Assembly (NCBI GenBank): GCA_041665085.1
Contig: JBAYJO010000004.1
Location: forward strand, 20,004-84,003
Reading direction: 5' to 3'
From: Patescibacteria group bacterium
Lineage (GTDB): Bacteria > Patescibacteriota > UBA1384 > JBAYJO01
DNA length: 64,000 nucleotides
A program made the position numbers and the translations under genes. Below are positions 61,081-64,000 of this stretch, piece by piece. Every line of letters starts with the position of its first letter. Positions within the stretch are counted from its first letter, which is position 1. The notes beneath the pieces are model-generated. The model made no database searches and had not been told where the DNA came from. It saw only the letters and a list, made by a program, of their open reading frames with translations.

Positions 61081-61383
61081 CTACTGCTTTCCTGCAACTG
61101 CACAGGCAAGCTTCTTTTTCTTGTGAACACTCTCACGATCGATCGGAATACGCCTCGGTGCCTCGAGACCCAATCGAGCGCTGTCCTTGAATGTTTCGAT
61201 GAGCATGATGTCGACATCACCATCGGCGACACTAATAACATGGTGACTATCGATATCGACTTCGAATTCGGACCCATCCAAACTCATCAGCGCAGAGAGG
61301 CAATTCGATCTAAGAACAACAAGTCTTTTTTCCTCCCTGCCGATTGCAACATACTCGCCAATCCTAACATAAAGCACTAGCAC
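61081..61383 (-). CDS. csrA: CsrA-like RNA-binding protein with a roughly 35-aa internal insertion, in a GC-rich patch
   Basis: N-terminus MLVLYVRIGEYVAIG compared with CsrA MLVLSRKVGE.I.IG. ...IETFKDSARLGLEAPRRIPIDRE compared with VKGDQVRLGIDAPKEV.IHRE. GTG start with RBS AAGGAGGT. Confidence 0.45.
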   Translation of the reverse strand: MLVLYVRIGEYVAIGREEKRLVVLRSNCLSALMSLDGSEFEVDIDSHHVISVADGDVDIMLIETFKDSARLGLEAPRRIPIDRESVHKKKKLACAVAGKQ

Positions 61384-61516
61384 AATATCAACCTCCTTGT
61401 AGTGTGAGCTAAGTCCTAAGTATTATATATTAAATACAAAAAATAATCAATGCGTATTGCTAGAAAATTATTCAAAAATATTTTAAAATAAGATATAATT
61501 TAGAAAATATATTTAT

Positions 61517-62500
61517 TTGTTTATTATGCACATAACTAAAAATCAAATATTAATCGCACTAGGTCTAATCGTAATTTTAGCAATCGTGCTTTTTGGTAAT
61601 ATCTCTGGCCCTGATATGAAAAAACAAACAAACGGCAATGTAAAAGGTGTAGAAATTGATAATACTGATATACCGGAAAAAATTGAGCTCTCAGAAGTTG
61701 CAAAACCGCCAGTTCAAATAAATAGCGTTAAAATAAATCCGGCTGCAAAAAATGTTATCTTAATTGATCAAGAGACCGGTCAAGTAATGTATGAGAAGGG
61801 TGCAAACGAAAGCGTTTCTATTGCATCAACAACAAAATTAACAACAACAGCGATTGTACTGGAAAATCCTGATATTTTTGATTTAAAAGAAGTAATAACC
61901 GTAAAAAAAGAAACTGCTCTTGTGCCCGGATCAATCATGGGTTTAAAACCTAATGAAAAAATTACTGTTGAAAATTTATTAAATGGACTGCTTGTTGTTT
62001 CCGGAAATGATGCCGCAAGAACACTGGCTGATCATTATGGAAATATTGATGATTTTGTTAAAAAAATGAACGACAAAGCAGAGGAGCTAGGAATGACGAA
62101 TTCTATTTATAAAGATCCGGCTGGTTATGAAGATGAGGGAAAATCATCTGCACGAGATCTTGCAATTATTGCTTCATACGATCTGAAATTTCCCAAATTT
62201 AGAGAGATAATTAAAAAAACCGAATTTGATATTTTTTCAACTGATGGAGTAGTGAAGCATCATATGAAAAATTCCAATCGATTAGTTGACCCATCAGAAC
62301 CTCTTTATTTGCCAAATGCAATTGGAATGAAAACAGGATTTACGCTTGAAGCAGGTCATTGTTTGGTTTCAGCGGCAACTAAAAACAATCACACTATAAT
62401 AAGTGTGGTTTTAAATACAAATTCTTCGACAAATGACGCATCAGCTCGCGTTTCACGAGAAGTTTTAAATTGGGGTCTCACAAACTGGAGTTGGGACTAA
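61517..62500 (+). CDS. dacA: serine-type D-Ala-D-Ala carboxypeptidase (PBP5/6-like, peptidase S11)
   Basis: SxxK (ASTTK), SxN (SGND) and KTG (MKTGFT) motifs. N-terminal membrane anchor. Confidence 0.75.
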   Translation: MFIMHITKNQILIALGLIVILAIVLFGNISGPDMKKQTNGNVKGVEIDNTDIPEKIELSEVAKPPVQINSVKINPAAKNVILIDQETGQVMYEKGANESVSIASTTKLTTTAIVLENPDIFDLKEVITVKKETALVPGSIMGLKPNEKITVENLLNGLLVVSGNDAARTLADHYGNIDDFVKKMNDKAEELGMTNSIYKDPAGYEDEGKSSARDLAIIASYDLKFPKFREIIKKTEFDIFSTDGVVKHHMKNSNRLVDPSEPLYLPNAIGMKTGFTLEAGHCLVSAATKNNHTIISVVLNTNSSTNDASARVSREVLNWGLTNWSWD

Positions 62501-62510
62501 TTCTAAGAAA

Positions 62511-63200
62511 CTATTCCTTCCAATTCTCCAAAGCATTACTTGCAGCCGCCTGTTCGGCTGCTTGTTTAGAACTACCTGAACCTTCGCCAAGTAAATTATC
62601 ACCTAAAAAAACTCCAATAGTAAAACTCTTGCTATGGTCAGGCCCAAATTCTTTAAGCAAACTATAATTCGGAGTTATACCTTTTTGTTCTTGAGCAATT
62701 TCCTGTAATCTACTCTTAGAATCAATATACAATTTCTTTTCTAAAATTTCCTCAAGTCTATATAACAGATTTTTTTCAATAAATTTCGAACTGGCTTCAT
62801 AACCTTGATCTAAATAAATAGCACCAATCAATGCTTCAAAAGCATTAGCTAAAATTATTTGTCTAGCTTTGCCGGCAGATTTCGCTTCACCCTTGCTTAA
62901 ATATAAAAATTCTTCCATTTCGATAACTGCTGCAAGCTCTGAAAGCATTGCGCCCCTAACAAGAGCAGCTCTCCAGTTGGTTAATTCACCTTCAGGATTT
63001 TTGTAATTTTTATATAAATACTCTGTTACAACAAGTTCCAATACCGCATCACCTAAAAATTCCAATCTTTCATTGTGATCCAAATCAAAACCAGGACTTT
63101 CGTTAATATATGACCTGTGAACAAAAACTTGCCTTAATAAATTTTTATCATTAAATATAAAACCTATTTTTTCTTCAAATTTTGATAAATCTTTTTGCAT
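62511..63200 (-). CDS. rnc: ribonuclease III
   Basis: Signature ERLEFLGDAVLELVV. C-terminal dsRBD. Confidence 0.92.
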   Translation of the reverse strand: MQKDLSKFEEKIGFIFNDKNLLRQVFVHRSYINESPGFDLDHNERLEFLGDAVLELVVTEYLYKNYKNPEGELTNWRAALVRGAMLSELAAVIEMEEFLYLSKGEAKSAGKARQIILANAFEALIGAIYLDQGYEASSKFIEKNLLYRLEEILEKKLYIDSKSRLQEIAQEQKGITPNYSLLKEFGPDHSKSFTIGVFLGDNLLGEGSGSSKQAAEQAAASNALENWKE

Positions 63201-63203
63201 CGC

Positions 63204-63638
63204 TTATTTCTCCTGATCGTCTTCCGGATTATATCTTTCGCTCGATCTGTAAATAGTACCAAGAACTCCATTTATAAATTTAGATGAATTTTCACCGCCA
63301 AATGATTTTGACAATTCAACAGCTTCATTAATAACCACCTTTGGGGGAACATCGCTTAAAAACTTAAGCTCATAAACCGCAAGTCTTAAAATTGCTTTAT
63401 CAATCGGCGCAATTTGCTCAATTGGCCACTCCGGAGCTGATTTACTTATTTCATTATCAACAGCCTCAACTTCCTTGATAATTCCGTCGGTTGTTTTTTT
63501 AATAAATTCCAAATCAACTTCTTCATTATATGAAGAAATATTTCTTTGTTTAATTTCTTCAATATCTTCAGAATCAGCACGAAAATCCCATTCATAAATG
63601 GTTTGCATAACAATAATTCGTGACAAATGTCGGTTCAT
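63204..63638 (-). CDS. nusB: transcription antitermination factor NusB
   Basis: AILRLAVYEL...DVPPKVVINEAVELSKSFGGENSSKFINGVL matches NusB. Confidence 0.88.
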   Translation of the reverse strand: MNRHLSRIIVMQTIYEWDFRADSEDIEEIKQRNISSYNEEVDLEFIKKTTDGIIKEVEAVDNEISKSAPEWPIEQIAPIDKAILRLAVYELKFLSDVPPKVVINEAVELSKSFGGENSSKFINGVLGTIYRSSERYNPEDDQEK

Positions 63639-63647
63639 CTTATCCCT

Positions 63648-63851
63648 TTATTCTTGAATAGGTGCTTCTGACTTTTTATCTAAATCGATAATCGTTTTGC
63701 CTCTGTATGTACCACAATTTTTGCATACATTATGCGGTTTAACAGGTTCGTGGCATTTTTCACATTTTGCCAAACTAATTGCACTTAAACTGTCATGACT
63801 TTTTCGATTGCCTGACCTTGTCGAGGTTAATCGCTTTTTCGGCATTCCCAT
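63648..63851 (-). CDS. rpmF: 50S ribosomal protein L32 (zinc-ribbon form)
   Basis: MPKKRLTSTRSGNRKSHD plus CEKC...CKNC. Confidence 0.88.
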   Translation of the reverse strand: MGMPKKRLTSTRSGNRKSHDSLSAISLAKCEKCHEPVKPHNVCKNCGTYRGKTIIDLDKKSEAPIQE

Positions 63852-63865
63852 AGTTATTCCTTTCA

Positions 63866-63990
63866 GTCAAATTTCTAATTATTAATTACTAATTTCTAAT
63901 TAAATCCCAATTAATCAATGACTAGTTTAACTCTATTTAATTTTCATAATTGATTAGTCATTAGAAATTAGGAATTTGTCATTTACTAAA
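63866..63990. repeat. Heptad AT-rich repeats (TTAATTAGAAATTAGTAATTAATAATTAGAAATTT in reverse complement; TTAGAAATTAGGAATTTG) upstream of the rpmF-nusB-rnc operon
   Basis: Same NNAATTA units as at 32229-32409 and 36273-36300. Confidence 0.6.
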
Positions 63991-64000
63991 ATATTATATC

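Noticed and set aside
1-64000. Alternative genetic code (UGA as sense, code 4 or 25) for the whole window
   Set aside because: fusA (13055-13057) and hsdS (46121-46123) end with TGA at exactly the conserved protein C-termini. All essential genes are intact under code 11. Only the STAS fragment shows an in-frame TGA.
1-64000. tRNA, rRNA or CRISPR features
   Set aside because: Spacers were scanned for T-loop-like GGTTCGAATCC-type motifs and none were found. No direct-repeat/spacer arrays were seen; the only regular repeats are the 7- and 9-bp AT-rich families. A proper tRNAscan/Infernal run is still advisable.

Overview
The window is 64 kb of AT-rich DNA, by eye roughly 30-35% GC, from a small-genome bacterium in standard genetic code 11. 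TGA is a stop here: it ends fusA and hsdS. The first half is one long plus-strand run of translation and transcription genes. After obg and two minus-strand secreted-protein paralogs, the run reads rpoB-rpoC, rpsL-rpsG-fusA-tuf, the S10/spc/alpha ribosomal-protein operons with secY-adk-map-infA-rpmJ, then rplM-rpsI, rbfA, pheS/pheT, a pseudouridine synthase and aspS. Ribosomal protein L30 is absent between rpsE and rplO, rplKAJL are absent upstream of rpoB, and several proteins are minimised (pheS, aspS, rpoA). These are inferences consistent with a CPR/Patescibacteria-like reduced genome. Many ribosomal proteins carry Lys/Glu-rich tails.

Downstream of aspS the content changes. There is a GC-rich patch of about 2.3 kb carrying Cys-rich hypothetical genes. 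After it comes a 14.4-kb defense island bracketed by 33-bp imperfect direct repeats. The island encodes an NYN-domain protein, a DUF3850-like protein and a tightly packed type I R-M operon (hsdM, then fic, a trypsin-like protease, hsdS, an unknown gene, hsdR and a Cas4-like nuclease). It also holds a kinase-like unknown gene, a STAS-domain gene interrupted by an in-frame TGA, and a convergent type II R-M pair. After the island come an ABC-F ATPase, a Pif1-like helicase, a coiled-coil membrane protein, an M23 peptidase, a CsrA-like gene in another GC-rich patch, a D-Ala-D-Ala carboxypeptidase, rnc, nusB and rpmF.

Other notable items are a 58-aa Cys-rich metallothionein-like ORF inserted between map and infA and a LysM protein inserted between secY and adk. 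Two repeat families are visible, a 7-bp-periodic AT-rich one and an 18-bp GACTTTATAAACTTTTAA one, plus GC-rich palindromic mini-elements, one lying inside pheT. No rRNA, tRNA or CRISPR array was recognised.
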